33,319 nucleotides of DNA. Source: a virus. Taxonomy: Duplodnaviria > Caudoviricetes. Positions 9,491 through 19,485 of this stretch are shown piece after piece; within the stretch, counting starts at the first letter, position 1; every line of letters begins with the position of its first letter. The notes under the pieces are model-generated. The model was not told the DNA's origin. It saw nothing but the letters and a program-made list of their open reading frames with translations, and ran no database searches. The stretch is taken from IMG/VR virus record IMGVR_UViG_3300025889_000500, positions 1 through 33,319 of that record. The stretch is one strand, 5' to 3'. The translations under genes and the position numbers were made by a program.

Positions 9491-10111
9491 ATGTTCAAAA
9501 ATAAAAAATACGCAATTATTCGAAAAGCAATACCAAAAGATTTATGTGTTTTTATTTATAATTGTTTTTTAATGCAAAAACAAGTTTATGATACACTTAA
9601 AAAAAATAGATATTTTTCACCTTTTGAAACAATATTAGGTCATTATGAACACGAAGGAGAATTAGTACCTAATACTTATGCTCATTATGGAAATATAATT
9701 ATGGAAACATTAATGTTAAAATGTCAGCCAGTTATGGAAAAAACAACAGGGTTAAAATTATATCCTGCAAACACATATGCAAGACTTTATAAAAAAGGTG
9801 ATGATTTAAGAAGACACAAAGATAGATTTAGTTGTGAAATATCAACAACAATGTTTATTGGTGGTGATCCTTGGTCAATATATTTAGAGCCATCTGGTAA
9901 AGAAGGAATGAAAGGTATTAAAATAGATTTAAAACCAGGAGATATGTTAGTTTATTCTGGTTGCGAATTAGAACATTGGAGAGAAAAGTTTAAAGGAAAA
10001 CAATGTCTTCAAGTGTTTTTACACTATAATAATTCTAAAACTAAGGGGGCTAAAGATAATATATTTGATACTAGACCTCATTTAGGTTTACCTCATTGGT
10101 TTAAAAAATAA
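9491..10111 (+). CDS. 2OG-Fe(II) oxygenase superfamily protein
   Basis: YARLY, RHKDR.SCEIS.T, PGDM.VY.GC..EHWRE, QVFLHY. Confidence 0.75.
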   Translation: MFKNKKYAIIRKAIPKDLCVFIYNCFLMQKQVYDTLKKNRYFSPFETILGHYEHEGELVPNTYAHYGNIIMETLMLKCQPVMEKTTGLKLYPANTYARLYKKGDDLRRHKDRFSCEISTTMFIGGDPWSIYLEPSGKEGMKGIKIDLKPGDMLVYSGCELEHWREKFKGKQCLQVFLHYNNSKTKGAKDNIFDTRPHLGLPHWFKK

Positions 10112-10116
10112 TTTTT

Positions 10117-10446
10117 TTGAAAGAATTTATAAAACTTTTACATAACCCTGTTTTAGCTACTATTGAACAAAAACAAAAAGAAATATGGGATGTTAAAGGA
10201 AGATTAGAAAATAGTAATCAAATTTTTAAATTTGATATTAGACCATTAAAACCTGTTAAAAATAAATTAGAGAAAATAGGATATTTTAAATCTAAATCTG
10301 ATAAAATGGTTTTTGAAACTGATAATAATTGGATTATATTTGATACTGAAGAATTAAATAATTATGTTAAATCAAGCAATAAAACAGATTTTAATGTAGA
10401 TGAATTACTAGATAATTTAACTTGGAATATAATCTTGTTAAAATAG
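10117..10446 (+). CDS. Hypothetical protein
   Basis: 109 aa ORF (TTG start) filling the gap between genes. Confidence 0.55.
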   Translation: MKEFIKLLHNPVLATIEQKQKEIWDVKGRLENSNQIFKFDIRPLKPVKNKLEKIGYFKSKSDKMVFETDNNWIIFDTEELNNYVKSSNKTDFNVDELLDNLTWNIILLK

Positions 10447-10486
10447 CACTATATTTTTACAATTTTTGTTATATAATTCAAAAATT

Positions 10487-12331
10487 ATGCCATTAACTCA
10501 ATTGAATTTTCAACCTGGTTTAGACACCGAAAACACCGAAACAGGTGCAGAAGGTAGATGGACAGATTGCGACAAGATTAGATTTAGAAAAGGATTACCA
10601 CAAAAAATAGGTGGATGGACTAAATTTAGTCAAGACTATTATGTAGGGAAACCTTCAAGTATAACATCTTGGATAAGTTTAGAAGGATTTCGTTATCAAG
10701 CTTTTGCTGGAGATAAAAAAGTTTATGTATATAGATCAGGAGATAATTTAGATGCTACTCCTATTAGACAATCAAATACTTTAGTTGATGTATTTACTAC
10801 TTCTAATACAAGTTCTAATGTAATAGTAAATCATTCACAACATGGAGCTACTTTAGGTGCTTTTATAACAATATCTAATGTATCAGCAAATGTAGGAGGT
10901 ATTACTACTACTGATTTAGAAAATGAATTTGAAATTGTATCTGTTAATAACGCAGATGCATACACTATAACAACTCCGGGTACAGCTACATCGACAATTA
11001 CTGATACAGCTAATGCTGATATATCTTATCAAATAAATACTGGTCCTACTGTTCAAACTTTTGGATATGGTTGGTCAGCTGGTACATATTCAGAAAGTAC
11101 TTGGAATACAGCACGAACATCAACAGAAGTAACTCTTGATATGAGACAGTGGTCGTTAAATAATTGGGGAGAAGATTTAATTTTAACTCAAAGAGATGGA
11201 GCTACTTATGAATGGAATGAATCAAACGGTATGAGTAGTAATCCTGCTACTGAAATTGCTAATGCTCCTACATCTTCTTCTTTATCAATAGTATCAACAG
11301 AAACTAGGCATTTAATTTGTATGGGAACAGAAACAACTATTGGTGACATATCTACACAAGATAAATTATTTATAAGATGGTCAGATCAAGAAAATTATAA
11401 TTTTTGGGCACCTAACGCAACTAACTCAGCAGGGTCACAAAGAATTGCAGGAGGAAGTGAAATAAGAACAGCTAAACCTGCAAAAGGTACTATTTTAGTA
11501 TGGACAGATACAACATTACATTCAATGTCTTTTATTGGTCCACCTTTTGTATTTGGCTTTCGTCAATTAGGTAATGACTGTGGAGCTATAGGATTAAATA
11601 GTGCTATCGTAATAGATGACGTAGCTTATTGGATGTCAGATGGACAATTCTTTAGATATGCTGGTGCTGTTCAAGAAATACCTTGTCCTATATTAAATCA
11701 TGTATTTGATGATATAAATAAAACTCAATATCAACAAGTTTATGCTGGACAAACTTCTGATTTTTCAGAAGTAATTTGGTATTATTGTTCTGCTAGTTCT
11801 AACTTTATAGATAAATATGTAATATACAATCATGCAGAAAATAGTTGGTATTTTGGTTCTTTATCTAGAAGTACCTATATAGATAATGGTGTAGAATTAA
11901 ATCCTTTAGCTACAGAGTATTTTGCTAACTCTACTGCTAATACTTATAGCACAATATATGGATTAACGGCTGGAAGGTCTTTAATCTATCGTCATGAAGA
12001 TGGAGTAGATGCTGATGGATCGGCGATCACATCTTATATAGAATCAGGTGATGGTGATATTGCAGATGGAGAAAATTTTAGTTTTATTAATAAAGTTATA
12101 CCTGATTTTAAAAATCAAACTGGTAATGCTACTATTACTTTATCAGTAAGAGATTATCCTAATAGTCCTCAAACTACAGGAGAGGTTATAACTGTATCTA
12201 ATACTACACCTTATTATAATTCTAGAATACGAGGTAGACAATCTTCTATTAAAATAGAAAGTGACGAATTAGGTAGTAATTGGCGATTTGGTACATTAAG
12301 AATCAATGTAAGACCAGATGGAAAAAGATAA
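10487..12331 (+). CDS. Tail hub / packaged-DNA stabilisation protein (P22 gp10 / tubular B-like)
   Basis: About 614 aa, beta-rich; RF..G.PQKIGGW, IRWSD.E, WMS..FF.Y, R.RGR and DGKR terminus; ATG at 10487 preferred over TTG at 10466. Confidence 0.7.
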   Translation: MPLTQLNFQPGLDTENTETGAEGRWTDCDKIRFRKGLPQKIGGWTKFSQDYYVGKPSSITSWISLEGFRYQAFAGDKKVYVYRSGDNLDATPIRQSNTLVDVFTTSNTSSNVIVNHSQHGATLGAFITISNVSANVGGITTTDLENEFEIVSVNNADAYTITTPGTATSTITDTANADISYQINTGPTVQTFGYGWSAGTYSESTWNTARTSTEVTLDMRQWSLNNWGEDLILTQRDGATYEWNESNGMSSNPATEIANAPTSSSLSIVSTETRHLICMGTETTIGDISTQDKLFIRWSDQENYNFWAPNATNSAGSQRIAGGSEIRTAKPAKGTILVWTDTTLHSMSFIGPPFVFGFRQLGNDCGAIGLNSAIVIDDVAYWMSDGQFFRYAGAVQEIPCPILNHVFDDINKTQYQQVYAGQTSDFSEVIWYYCSASSNFIDKYVIYNHAENSWYFGSLSRSTYIDNGVELNPLATEYFANSTANTYSTIYGLTAGRSLIYRHEDGVDADGSAITSYIESGDGDIADGENFSFINKVIPDFKNQTGNATITLSVRDYPNSPQTTGEVITVSNTTPYYNSRIRGRQSSIKIESDELGSNWRFGTLRINVRPDGKR

Positions 12332-12773
12332 ATATAAAATTAGACAAGCTCGTATCGATGATGCTGTAAAAATACGAGAATTACTTAAAACTTGGCTTAT
12401 AGAAGCTCCATTTAACTTTGGAAATACTAATAATAAAAAAGCTCTTGAAAATATAATATTTTACATTCGCAATAGTTTTGTTATAGTAGTAGAATATGAA
12501 AATAATATTGTAGGAACTATGGCTGCTACAATAGACGAAACTTGGTATAGTGACAAAAAGTTTTTAAGAACTTTATGGTTACATATACATCCTAAGTATC
12601 GAAATTTTCATATCTTTAAAGCTGTAATGTTAGTTTTTAAAGAATACGCATTAGCTAAACGTTTAACAGCGATATGCGAAGTATTTCAAGGTAAAGACGT
12701 TGAAAGAAAACACAACGCCTTTGTCAAATTAGGATATAAAAATATTGGAGGAACATATATAATCAATGGGTAG
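12318..12773 (+). CDS. GNAT-family acetyltransferase-like protein
   Basis: IRQA..DD, V.E.E..IVG, L.IHPKYR, F.KLGY motifs. Confidence 0.75.
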   Translation: MEKDKYKIRQARIDDAVKIRELLKTWLIEAPFNFGNTNNKKALENIIFYIRNSFVIVVEYENNIVGTMAATIDETWYSDKKFLRTLWLHIHPKYRNFHIFKAVMLVFKEYALAKRLTAICEVFQGKDVERKHNAFVKLGYKNIGGTYIING

Positions 12774-13599
12774 TATCTTTAAACCACAAACAACTGTTGT
12801 TCAAGCACCAAGTCAACAAACTGTTACTTCACAAATTCCTGAATACTTTAAAGAGATTCAAGAAAGAACTTTAAGGAGAGCAGAAGATGTATTTAAAACA
12901 CCTTATTCAGCTTATCAAGGTCAACGTGTAGCTCAACTTACTCCTCAAGAACAACAAGTTGCAAATGTTTTTAGCACACAAATTTTACCACAAGCAGGAC
13001 AGTTAGCTCAAATAGGAGCACAAACTTACGACACTGCTACTATGCAACAATATATGAATCCTTATCAAGAAGCTGTAATTAAATCAACATTATCAGATTT
13101 AGGAGAAGCTTATGGTCAACAACAAAGAGGAATGGCTGCGCAAGCAATTGGTGCAGGAGCTTTTGGTGGATCAAGAGAAGGTGTAGAACGAGTTTTAGGT
13201 AGAGAAAGATATTTAGATCAAGTTGCTGATGTATCAGGTAGATTAAGACAAGCTGGTTTTGAATCAGGTGCACAAAGATTTGCAGCAGATAGAGCAGCAC
13301 AATTACAAGCAGCACAATCTCAATTATCAGGACTTGCTGGAGCAGCTCAAGGTTTAGCTCAATATGGTAGTTTAGCAAGAGGAATAGAACAAGCAGGACT
13401 TGCTGAACAGTATAGAGATTTCATTGAAGAAAGAGAATATCCAGCAGGACAAATTAGACAAATGATTGGTGCATTAGCGGGAGCACCTATAAGAACTTAT
13501 GGAGAAGAACGATCAGGTTTTGTAGGAACACCAGTAGGTGCGCCTAGTACCTTTAGTCAAATAATTGGCGCAGGTCAAGCTCTTGGTGGTTTTTTTTAG
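12766..13599 (+). CDS. Putative DNA ejection / internal virion protein
   Basis: Q/A/G-rich and helical; YMNPY and AGAFGGSR motifs; Gly-hydrophobic C-terminus. Confidence 0.65.
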   Translation: MGSIFKPQTTVVQAPSQQTVTSQIPEYFKEIQERTLRRAEDVFKTPYSAYQGQRVAQLTPQEQQVANVFSTQILPQAGQLAQIGAQTYDTATMQQYMNPYQEAVIKSTLSDLGEAYGQQQRGMAAQAIGAGAFGGSREGVERVLGRERYLDQVADVSGRLRQAGFESGAQRFAADRAAQLQAAQSQLSGLAGAAQGLAQYGSLARGIEQAGLAEQYRDFIEEREYPAGQIRQMIGALAGAPIRTYGEERSGFVGTPVGAPSTFSQIIGAGQALGGFF

Positions 13600-13608
13600 G
13601 AGGTTAAT

Positions 13609-14982
13609 ATGGCGATTGATGAGAAAGACATTGAATCTGTAGCACAACCAGATGCTAGTGCTGCTTATCTTGGAAAAGATCCACAAATAGGAGATGCTTT
13701 TGTTAGAACGTCACTTGACAGTTATCAAGTTGAAGATGCTGCAAATGAAAGACTTGCAAAAGAAACTTTAGATTTAAGAGATGAAAATGAAAAGTTAAAA
13801 GTTGAATTAGGTAATTTATCTAAAGTTGTAAATCCAGAAGATGGCAAAGGTAAAAAAACTGATAAAGGTGGCTTTTCAACATTTATATCTTCTGTAGGTG
13901 ATGCACTTACAAGTTTTACTGAAGGCATTGATAAAAAAATGGAAACTGTTTATGATGACAGAGAAAAAAGAACTAGATTTTTACAGGGTCTTAATACAAT
14001 AATATCAGCATCATCTTTTACACCAATAGGACAAGCTAAATCTCCTGTAGGTATGATTGCCGAGGGTCAGAAAAAAGGATTTTTAGAATCAGAAGCAATA
14101 GGAACAAAAAGAAAATCTTTAGATGTAGAACAAACAAAAGCTCAAGCTTCTCTTTTAAAAGCAATGAAAGATGAACCACCTAGAATAAGAGGAACTGTTG
14201 ATGAAGCAATATTAAAATTATATCCAGATTTTCAATCTAGATTTAGAGATAAACAAAAACAATATGGTGCTTTAGATCAAAGATATATTGAATTATATAA
14301 ATTAGCTCAAAAAGGTTTTGAAGCTCCTACTGGTTTAGTTTCAGAATTTTTAACTCCATTTGAAAAAATATTTTCTGAATTAGGTTTATCTGAAAAATTT
14401 AGAAGTTTAGAAGCAAGTGTATCTAAATATGAACCAGGTCAAGATTTATCTGCTGCTGATAAAGTTGCTTTTAAAGATTTATTCTCTGCTGCAACTAAAC
14501 AAGCTATTGTATCTCAAGTAAAAGATTTATATCCAGCTTCTGATAAAGACATTCAAGTATTATTAAGTACAGTAGGTGATATTGGAACTAATCCTAAAGC
14601 TTTACAAAAACTTGTAGCTGTTCAAAAAGCTTTAATTGAAATTAATAATTTAATACCAAATTATGCTAAAGAAGAAGCATTTACAAATAAAAATATAGAG
14701 TTTGAATCTGTTGCGAATGAAAAAGCTGCAGTTGCTTTAGCAGAACAATTAAAAGATAAAGTAACTGATCAAAGTTTAATTGAATTATTTGGAACTAAAG
14801 ATGATGTTAATCCATTTAGAATTATTAATGCTTATTATTATCAAACACTAGAACCTCAATTTAAAGGAACAACAACTGATTATTTTGATACTTATAAAAA
14901 AACACAAGCTGCCCAAGAAAAAACTATAACTGATATTATTGATACCGAAATTAATAATGAATTAATTAATAAACCTAAATAA
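13609..14982 (+). CDS. Putative internal virion (ejection) protein
   Basis: 457 aa, helical; lies between ejection-type genes; SD AGGAGG. Confidence 0.5.
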   Translation: MAIDEKDIESVAQPDASAAYLGKDPQIGDAFVRTSLDSYQVEDAANERLAKETLDLRDENEKLKVELGNLSKVVNPEDGKGKKTDKGGFSTFISSVGDALTSFTEGIDKKMETVYDDREKRTRFLQGLNTIISASSFTPIGQAKSPVGMIAEGQKKGFLESEAIGTKRKSLDVEQTKAQASLLKAMKDEPPRIRGTVDEAILKLYPDFQSRFRDKQKQYGALDQRYIELYKLAQKGFEAPTGLVSEFLTPFEKIFSELGLSEKFRSLEASVSKYEPGQDLSAADKVAFKDLFSAATKQAIVSQVKDLYPASDKDIQVLLSTVGDIGTNPKALQKLVAVQKALIEINNLIPNYAKEEAFTNKNIEFESVANEKAAVALAEQLKDKVTDQSLIELFGTKDDVNPFRIINAYYYQTLEPQFKGTTTDYFDTYKKTQAAQEKTITDIIDTEINNELINKPK

Positions 14983-14988
14983 TGAAAA

Positions 14989-17900
14989 ATGGCAGAACTT
15001 ACCACTGAACAAAAAAATGTTTATAATAAGCTTATCAGTAATGGACTTGATACAAAAACTGCTGAAGGTTTAGTTACTGGAGCTATTAATAAAGATACTT
15101 ATTTATCAGAATTAAAAACTAAACAAAAACCTAAAACTAAAAAAGATATATTAGCAAGTGAAGGTTACGATTACGATTTAATTCAAAATACATCAAAAAA
15201 AATTAAAGGAGATGAAGAACAATATAATAATTTATATTTAGAAGGTGTAGATGAAGCTCTTGCTTATTACATGCCTTCTAAAGAAGAAACATTTAATTTA
15301 TACGGTATAAGAACTAATAAAGAAGCTCCCTCTGATGTAAGATACAGATTAAGTTTTGGGGCTTCTGATGTACAAGGACAAATTTTTGGAGCTAAAAAAT
15401 TATTAGCAGAAGACCTTGTACAAAATCAAGGCGTTGATAAAGCATTAGTCGATAGATATAAAGATAAAATTAAAGTTAAAAATCAAAGAGTAGGTGAAGG
15501 TAATGATGGTTATAATGGTTTAGTTTTTTCTATACCTGAAGAATTAGGAGGCGATGGTTACTTCTATACTTTTAATAGACCAGGCTTTGATATGTCAGAC
15601 TTACAAGGAATGGCTGGCGATGGTATGGTAATAGCTGCAAGTATAGGAGGAGGAACTGTTGGATCAGCGTTTGGTCCTGGAGGAACTATTGTTGGATCAG
15701 GTCTATCAGCAGGAGCTGCTGAATATTATAGATTATCATTAGGAAGAAAGTATGGTCTTTTTGATTATATGGACGAGGAACAATTTGGTGAATACGCTTT
15801 TACTCAAGCAGCAAAAACTGGAGCTTTTGATGCAGCAGCGACTGCAGCATTTTTACCACTAGCAAAAATAATTAAACAACAAGTATTTATGGCAGGTAAC
15901 GAAAGATTATCTGGAGATACTGTTGGTAAATTTTTAAAAAATGGTGGAAGTCTAGATAAAGAAATGACTACAGCAATAAATGAAGCTAGAACAGTTTTAA
16001 AAAACGCTGGAGTTCCTGATGATATTGCAAATGATTATGTTGCAATCAGTGTAGCTAATGCTATACCTGAAAGTGGTATTATTCCTAAAGGTACTAAAGG
16101 AGATAGAATATATAAAAAGATTTTAAATTCAGTAAATGAAAGAGTTAAAAATAAAGAAGTAGAAAATAAATTATTAAAATATACTACAGGAATAGATGAT
16201 ATTAATGTTAAAACAAGCGATAACATTATTAATAATATAGAAAAAAATGTTAAAAATATAAGAGAAGAAGAATTATTTGTTTCTGATAAAGGTGTTAAAC
16301 AAGCTTTTGCTGAAACTCAAAAATTAAAAGATAATTTATATAAAACATATGAAACAAATCAAATTGATAAAATGGGTATTGTATTCAATGAAGTTAATGA
16401 AAGAATTAACTCAAGATTATCTTTATTACAAAATAGAATAAATAGTTCTGCTAAAAAAAATAACTTAACAGTACAGCTTGATGAAAATGGATCAAGAGTA
16501 TTAAAAAATATTTTTAATGAATACGATTTAACTATAAGAAAAAAAATATCATCTACTCCACCTAAAGGTAAAAAAGAATTAGCACAGTGGAAAAAACAAA
16601 AAACTATAAATGAGTTTGTTAATTTTTTAGAAGAAAACGGTGGACAATTTGGATTAGTAAAAGAACAATTAAAAATATTAAAAGGTGGTGTTACAAGTAT
16701 TGATAATTTAAGTTTTAATAATGCTTTAGCTATTAAAAGAGCTTTACAAAATATAGATATTATAGACGCTGTACCTAAAGGTACTAAAGACGCAATAAGA
16801 AATTTAAAAGGAATATTTAAAGACGCTATTGATGACGCTGTTTCAAAAAGTCCTGAAACTGCAAAATTATATAAAGAATACGATAATTTATTATTTAATT
16901 ATAAAAATAGTTTTTTAGATAAACTTGCTACAGAAATAGGATATGGTCCTAACCCACAAGTAATAAGATCAGCTAGATTAACTGGTACTGGTAAAAGTGT
17001 ATTTAATTCAATTACTGCTAATACAAAAGAAGGATTAAATAACGCTGAACGATTAGGAAATTTAATAGATGGTAAATTTTTAAACTTTAGTCAAAATAAT
17101 AAAATTAAAGGAGCACTATATCAACATTATTTTGATAATGTTATGCCACTAGAAGCAGGTGGTAAAGGTGTTATGACTCATGCTAAATTTATAAGTCAAT
17201 ATGGAGATAACTATAGATTGATATTAGGAGAAGATTTATATCAAAAATTTGCAAAAGATACTGGATCAGCGATGAAAATATATGATGATCTTGTAAAACA
17301 AAATGCTAATATACAAAATATTGTATCTAAAGAATTACCATCTTTAAAAATAGATTTATTAGATAAAGGAACTGGTCAAGCTATTGCAGATGAAATATTT
17401 AAAATTGGAAATAAATACGATATTAAACCTTTAATAACAAGATTATCACGTGAGTCAAATCAATTAACTACAGATATTAGAAAATTATATTTACAAAAAA
17501 TGATGAACGCTGTCAAATCACCTTTAGAAGGAACTAACATCAAAGCTTTAAATGGAAATTTATTAGATGATTTTTTAACTTCTAATAAAGGTGTATTAGA
17601 TAATTTATATGGAAAAGAATTTGTTGAATCATATAGAAGTATAGCTAAAGTTTTAAAACTTGTTCAAGCTCCAGATATTGCAGGTAAAGCTGGAGAAGGA
17701 CTTACAGAAGCTGCTAATAGAGCAGGATTATTTATAGATATATTTGCAGGACCATTAAACCATAAAAGATTAATCGTAAATAGATTAGGTCGTATTTACG
17801 ATGGTATGGATTTAGGAGGAGATAGTTTAGATTTATTAGCAGATTATGCTAAATTTACTCAAGCAATTAAAAATCAATTTTTAGCAGGAAACTATCCTAG

Positions 17901-18279
17901 ATGGTTAGATAATTTAGGTAATAGTAGTAAACCACAACATAAAAGTTTATTTAAAAAAGTTTTACAAGCAGCACAAGGTCCTAGAAAAACATATGATTTT
18001 AAAACTAATCCATTATATGCAAAAGAATATATGGAAGATAAAATTACAGAAAGAGTATCAGGAGAAGACGTACCACCTGGATCACCAGATGTATTTACTC
18101 CTATTGATGCAGTAGTTAATTCGATTATAGGAAAAACTGGAGCAACTGCTCCTAAATATTTAGATAAAAATTTAACACCTAAAATTAAAAAGTTAGTTGA
18201 GATGTTTGTAAAAGGCGGAAAAGCTAAAGATATTAACTTAGAACAAATGGAATTTGAGAAAAAGTTAAAGAAAGAGTAA
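14989..18279 (+). CDS. Large internal virion (ejection) protein
   Basis: 1096 aa, helical, with a glycine-zipper hydrophobic segment (IAASIGGGTVGSAFGPGGTIVGSGLSAGAAE); last gene of the structural module. Confidence 0.6.
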   Translation: MAELTTEQKNVYNKLISNGLDTKTAEGLVTGAINKDTYLSELKTKQKPKTKKDILASEGYDYDLIQNTSKKIKGDEEQYNNLYLEGVDEALAYYMPSKEETFNLYGIRTNKEAPSDVRYRLSFGASDVQGQIFGAKKLLAEDLVQNQGVDKALVDRYKDKIKVKNQRVGEGNDGYNGLVFSIPEELGGDGYFYTFNRPGFDMSDLQGMAGDGMVIAASIGGGTVGSAFGPGGTIVGSGLSAGAAEYYRLSLGRKYGLFDYMDEEQFGEYAFTQAAKTGAFDAAATAAFLPLAKIIKQQVFMAGNERLSGDTVGKFLKNGGSLDKEMTTAINEARTVLKNAGVPDDIANDYVAISVANAIPESGIIPKGTKGDRIYKKILNSVNERVKNKEVENKLLKYTTGIDDINVKTSDNIINNIEKNVKNIREEELFVSDKGVKQAFAETQKLKDNLYKTYETNQIDKMGIVFNEVNERINSRLSLLQNRINSSAKKNNLTVQLDENGSRVLKNIFNEYDLTIRKKISSTPPKGKKELAQWKKQKTINEFVNFLEENGGQFGLVKEQLKILKGGVTSIDNLSFNNALAIKRALQNIDIIDAVPKGTKDAIRNLKGIFKDAIDDAVSKSPETAKLYKEYDNLLFNYKNSFLDKLATEIGYGPNPQVIRSARLTGTGKSVFNSITANTKEGLNNAERLGNLIDGKFLNFSQNNKIKGALYQHYFDNVMPLEAGGKGVMTHAKFISQYGDNYRLILGEDLYQKFAKDTGSAMKIYDDLVKQNANIQNIVSKELPSLKIDLLDKGTGQAIADEIFKIGNKYDIKPLITRLSRESNQLTTDIRKLYLQKMMNAVKSPLEGTNIKALNGNLLDDFLTSNKGVLDNLYGKEFVESYRSIAKVLKLVQAPDIAGKAGEGLTEAANRAGLFIDIFAGPLNHKRLIVNRLGRIYDGMDLGGDSLDLLADYAKFTQAIKNQFLAGNYPRWLDNLGNSSKPQHKSLFKKVLQAAQGPRKTYDFKTNPLYAKEYMEDKITERVSGEDVPPGSPDVFTPIDAVVNSIIGKTGATAPKYLDKNLTPKIKKLVEMFVKGGKAKDINLEQMEFEKKLKKE

Positions 18280-18282
18280 TAC

Positions 18283-18582
18283 GTGATTAATAAAAACAAA
18301 GGTTGTTACGCAGAAAATTTAGCAGTTTGCTGGTTACAAGAAAAAAATTACTTTGTATTTAAAGCTTGTCAAACTCAGTCTGCTGTAGACTTAGTTGCAG
18401 TAGATCCAATTACTTTTAAAACTAGATTATTTGATGTTAAAACAGAGAATAAAAGAAAAGATGGAAGCTCTATATCTAGAGTTCCTAGAATTAAAAATAA
18501 AAATATACAAATAATATTAGTAGATTTAAAAACAAAAAAGTGTAGAATAGTAGAACCAAAACAAGGAGTTGTATGGAGTTAA
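18283..18582 (+). CDS. PD-(D/E)XK nuclease, Holliday junction resolvase (Hjc)-like
   Basis: KG..AE..A..WL, VDLVA, FDVKT; GTG start. Confidence 0.65.
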   Translation: MINKNKGCYAENLAVCWLQEKNYFVFKACQTQSAVDLVAVDPITFKTRLFDVKTENKRKDGSSISRVPRIKNKNIQIILVDLKTKKCRIVEPKQGVVWS

Positions 18583-19016
18583 GAAAAATAACAGATTCAA
18601 TTGTAATACATTGCGCAGCAACTAAACCATCTATGGATATTGGCTATAATGAAATAAGAAAATGGCACGTAAATCAAAATGGTTGGGACGATGTAGGTTA
18701 TCATTTTATAATTAGACGTGATGGTAGATATGAAAAAGCAAGACCTGAAGCTTATTCAGGAGCACACGCACCTTCTCATAATTCTAGAAGTATAGGTATT
18801 TGTTTAGTTGGTGGAATGGCAGAAGATGGTAGTGCTGAAAATAATTTTACTTTAGAACAATTTTTGACTTTAAAAGATGTTATAAATATGTTACTTGGAA
18901 AATATAAAGACATTGTTGAAGTTTTAGGTCATTGTGACGTTCAAGAAAATAAACCAAACTGTCCTGGTTTTAATGTAAAAGAATGGTTATACAAGGAGAA
19001 TATCAATGTGGCTTAA
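18573..19016 (+). CDS. Endolysin, N-acetylmuramoyl-L-alanine amidase (T7 lysozyme-like)
   Basis: IVIHCAAT, GYH, GAHA, SIGICLVGG, GH and CPGF Zn-ligand motifs. Confidence 0.92.
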   Translation: MELRKITDSIVIHCAATKPSMDIGYNEIRKWHVNQNGWDDVGYHFIIRRDGRYEKARPEAYSGAHAPSHNSRSIGICLVGGMAEDGSAENNFTLEQFLTLKDVINMLLGKYKDIVEVLGHCDVQENKPNCPGFNVKEWLYKENINVA

Positions 19017-19395
19017 TATTGCAGCTAAATTAGTTCCAGGAATAGTTAAAACTGGAATGAGTATTGCAGCTAATAGAAGAAGAACAAAAGAATTGGAATC
19101 TGTTGCTGAAATGAAGCATGCAGAAAAGATGGCAAATGGAGAATTGGAATATAAAAAGGAAATTATTGCGTCTAATGATAAAGGCTGGAAGGACGAGTTT
19201 GTGCTCATTTTGGTATCTGCTCCTGTTATTATATTGGTGTGGTCTATTTTTTCTGACGATCCAGAAATTCGTACTAAATTAGACACCTTCTTTGAATACT
19301 TTGGTAATATGCCATTTTGGTATCAAGCATTATTTATTGGAGTGGTATCAGCAATCTACGGTTTGAAAGGAGCCGATATAATTAAAAAGAAATAA
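19006..19395 (+). CDS. Putative holin
   Basis: WKDE motif, two clear hydrophobic segments, basic C-terminus; overlaps the amidase gene. Confidence 0.65.
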   Translation: MWLNIAAKLVPGIVKTGMSIAANRRRTKELESVAEMKHAEKMANGELEYKKEIIASNDKGWKDEFVLILVSAPVIILVWSIFSDDPEIRTKLDTFFEYFGNMPFWYQALFIGVVSAIYGLKGADIIKKK

Positions 19396-19410
19396 TATGG
19401 AGACTGCCAA

Positions 19411-19485
19411 GTGGATTACAGATTTACAGCAATACTTATTATTATTATTTGTCTTCAAGTTTATTTTTGCGCACCAACTAACTAA
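19411..19485 (+). CDS. Small membrane peptide (24 aa, MDYRFTAILIIIICLQVYFCAPTN)
   Basis: Translated by hand; GTG start with GGAGA 7 nt upstream; single hydrophobic stretch; not in the ORF track. Confidence 0.45.
   Translation: MDYRFTAILIIIICLQVYFCAPTN

Noticed and set aside
7752-10111. Oxygenases as TET/JBP partners of the C5-MTase
   Set aside because: Motifs look P4H/PKHD-like, the genes lie in the tail module about 17 kb away, and a TS-type route to hmC is already present; not formally excluded
13079-18299. Minus-strand ORFs 13079-13378, 13725-13928, 16035-16226, 17892-18299
   Set aside because: Antisense to long, well-formed virion genes; no motifs
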